From IMG/VR virus record IMGVR_UViG_2737471838_000004, positions 1 through 55,334 of that record: DNA of 55,334 nt; one strand, given 5' to 3'. Shown piece by piece: positions 54,266 to 55,334 of this stretch (positions within the stretch are counted from its first letter, which is position 1; the number at the start of each line of letters is the position of its first letter). The DNA is from a virus (Duplodnaviria > Heunggongvirae > Uroviricota > Caudoviricetes). A program made the translations under genes and the position numbers. A model generated the notes under the pieces. The model had not been told where the DNA came from and ran no database searches. It saw only the letters and a program-made list of their open reading frames with translations.

Positions 54266-54483
54266 TGGATAAGATCGGCACAATACTTATTAATCGCGAG
54301 CAAGTGCAAAAAATGTTAGGCGGGCTTAGTAAGTCCGCCTTTTTTAAGCTCGTTAAAAAATGGAAAGATGCGGGAACTCCTTTCCCTGAACCTGTTAAGG
54401 GGATGCCAGCATTAAAGCGCGGCGGATCTCTTTACCGTTATCAGGATGTTATTTCATTTTGTAAATCAATGGGCTTCATGTAG
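54265..54483 (+). CDS. putative excisionase / AlpA-like HTH regulator
   Basis: 72 aa; small HTH protein convergent with and overlapping the integrase 3' end. Confidence 0.45.
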   Translation: MDKIGTILINREQVQKMLGGLSKSAFFKLVKKWKDAGTPFPEPVKGMPALKRGGSLYRYQDVISFCKSMGFM

Positions 54484-55334
54484 TAATCAGCCAGTTTATT
54501 CATCGCCTCTATTTGCTCCTTCACGTAATCATACTGATCATATATAGCCATCATTCCCGCCAGTTTATGACCTAAAACCTTTTCTGCTACGTGCGGCGCA
54601 ATGCCAAGCGCTGAAAGGTTTGTCCTTACAGTGCGGCGCAAGTCGTGACACGACCACGGCTCGCCGCCCATCCTTAGCATCAAATCCCTTGCGGCTGTTT
54701 TCGGCACGCTCCTGTCTACCGCTTCATCCCTTCCAGAAAGCACGGGAACGAAGATAAAATTAAAGCCGTGCAAATCCATAGCTTCACGCAATAAATCAAC
54801 GCTAACGTCGGATAAACCGCGCTTAAACTCATTTCTGTTCTTACTCAATGCACCCGGCACGGTCCACACGCAGTTATCAAGATCGAAATGTTCGCGCCTT
54901 GCGTTTGTTAGTTCGCTTGTTCTGCATCCGGTGAATATAATCAGCTTCATCAATATCTGATTTAGCCGCGCCATTTTTGAACTGTCTATAATGCTGATTA
55001 GATGGTGAATCTCTTGTATTGATAAGACGCGTTTCCTTTGCGCCGGGTTTTTGCCTACGTCTTTCACGCGTAGCAATGATATGTCGTCACGCTCCACGCG
55101 GCGGCGGCGCATGGCATATTTTATAACCGCCTTCATCCTGTTTAAGACTATCCCGGCCTGAACGGGCGCGCCACCATTAGCTACCTTTCTAAAAATTCCC
55201 TCCCACATCATAGCGTCCATATCATCGACTATATAGCCACCGTATGGTTTTATGACGTGCTTATCTAGCATGGCCTCAACCTGCTTATAATTGACCATGT
55301 TCCTTGCCTGCGGCGATTCCATGTACTCACTCAC
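54441..55334 (-). CDS. int: tyrosine integrase (C-terminal 297 aa; N-terminus beyond window end)
   Basis: catalytic region HDLRRT...LGHK...Y at C-terminus; ORF runs off the right edge. Confidence 0.85.
   Translation of the reverse strand: MSEYMESPQARNMVNYKQVEAMLDKHVIKPYGGYIVDDMDAMMWEGIFRKVANGGAPVQAGIVLNRMKAVIKYAMRRRRVERDDISLLRVKDVGKNPAQRKRVLSIQEIHHLISIIDSSKMARLNQILMKLIIFTGCRTSELTNARREHFDLDNCVWTVPGALSKNRNEFKRGLSDVSVDLLREAMDLHGFNFIFVPVLSGRDEAVDRSVPKTAARDLMLRMGGEPWSCHDLRRTVRTNLSALGIAPHVAEKVLGHKLAGMMAIYDQYDYVKEQIEAMNKLADYYMKPIDLQNEITS

Noticed and set aside
1-55334. CRISPR arrays, rRNA or tRNA genes, IS elements
   Set aside because: No spacer-repeat periodicity, no rRNA or tRNA signatures, and no transposase-like ORFs or terminal inverted repeats were recognised; the only tandem repeats are the ori iterons and coding low-complexity repeats in stf.

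Overview
This 55.3-kb window is one host gene (abgT, 1..1446, +) followed by a nearly complete lambdoid, siphovirus-type prophage that runs from about 1.5 kb to the window end. All calls rest on reading the sequence and the six-frame track; no database search, alignment or folding was run. Coordinates taken from the ORF track are exact; hand-derived small ORFs, promoters and hairpins are good to about 2 nt. The prophage is ordered (minus strand unless noted): side tail fibre, J, HNH insert, I, K, L, M, tape measure, tail chaperone, major tail, head-tail joining genes, major capsid, decoration, scaffold-like, MuF-like, portal, TerL, TerS, then an array of about ten translationally coupled mini-genes, an HExxH protein, Rz/Rz1, SAR endolysin and holin. 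Upstream of the holin lie a late-promoter/terminator pair, about 19 small ORFs, Q, RusA, HNH, NinG, a DNA-modification cluster (C5-MTase-like plus Dam), more small ORFs, SSB, Erf, an N-like antiterminator with a nutL-like site, and a CI-type repressor. Divergent from cI on the plus strand are an HTH protein, an O-like initiator with internal iterons, Bro-N antirepressor, an HTH-metallophosphoesterase, DnaB helicase, NinB, an Xis-like gene and a partial integrase at the window edge. The most unusual features are: (1) the tandem array of 22-47-aa single-helix peptide genes between the lysis cassette and TerS; (2) four opposite-strand moron cassettes inside the tail module, each with its own promoter and terminator, two sharing near-identical boundaries; (3) four HNH-AP2 endonuclease paralogs; (4) a conserved 32-bp hairpin element upstream of both the portal and M genes. 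No tRNA, rRNA or CRISPR array was recognised.
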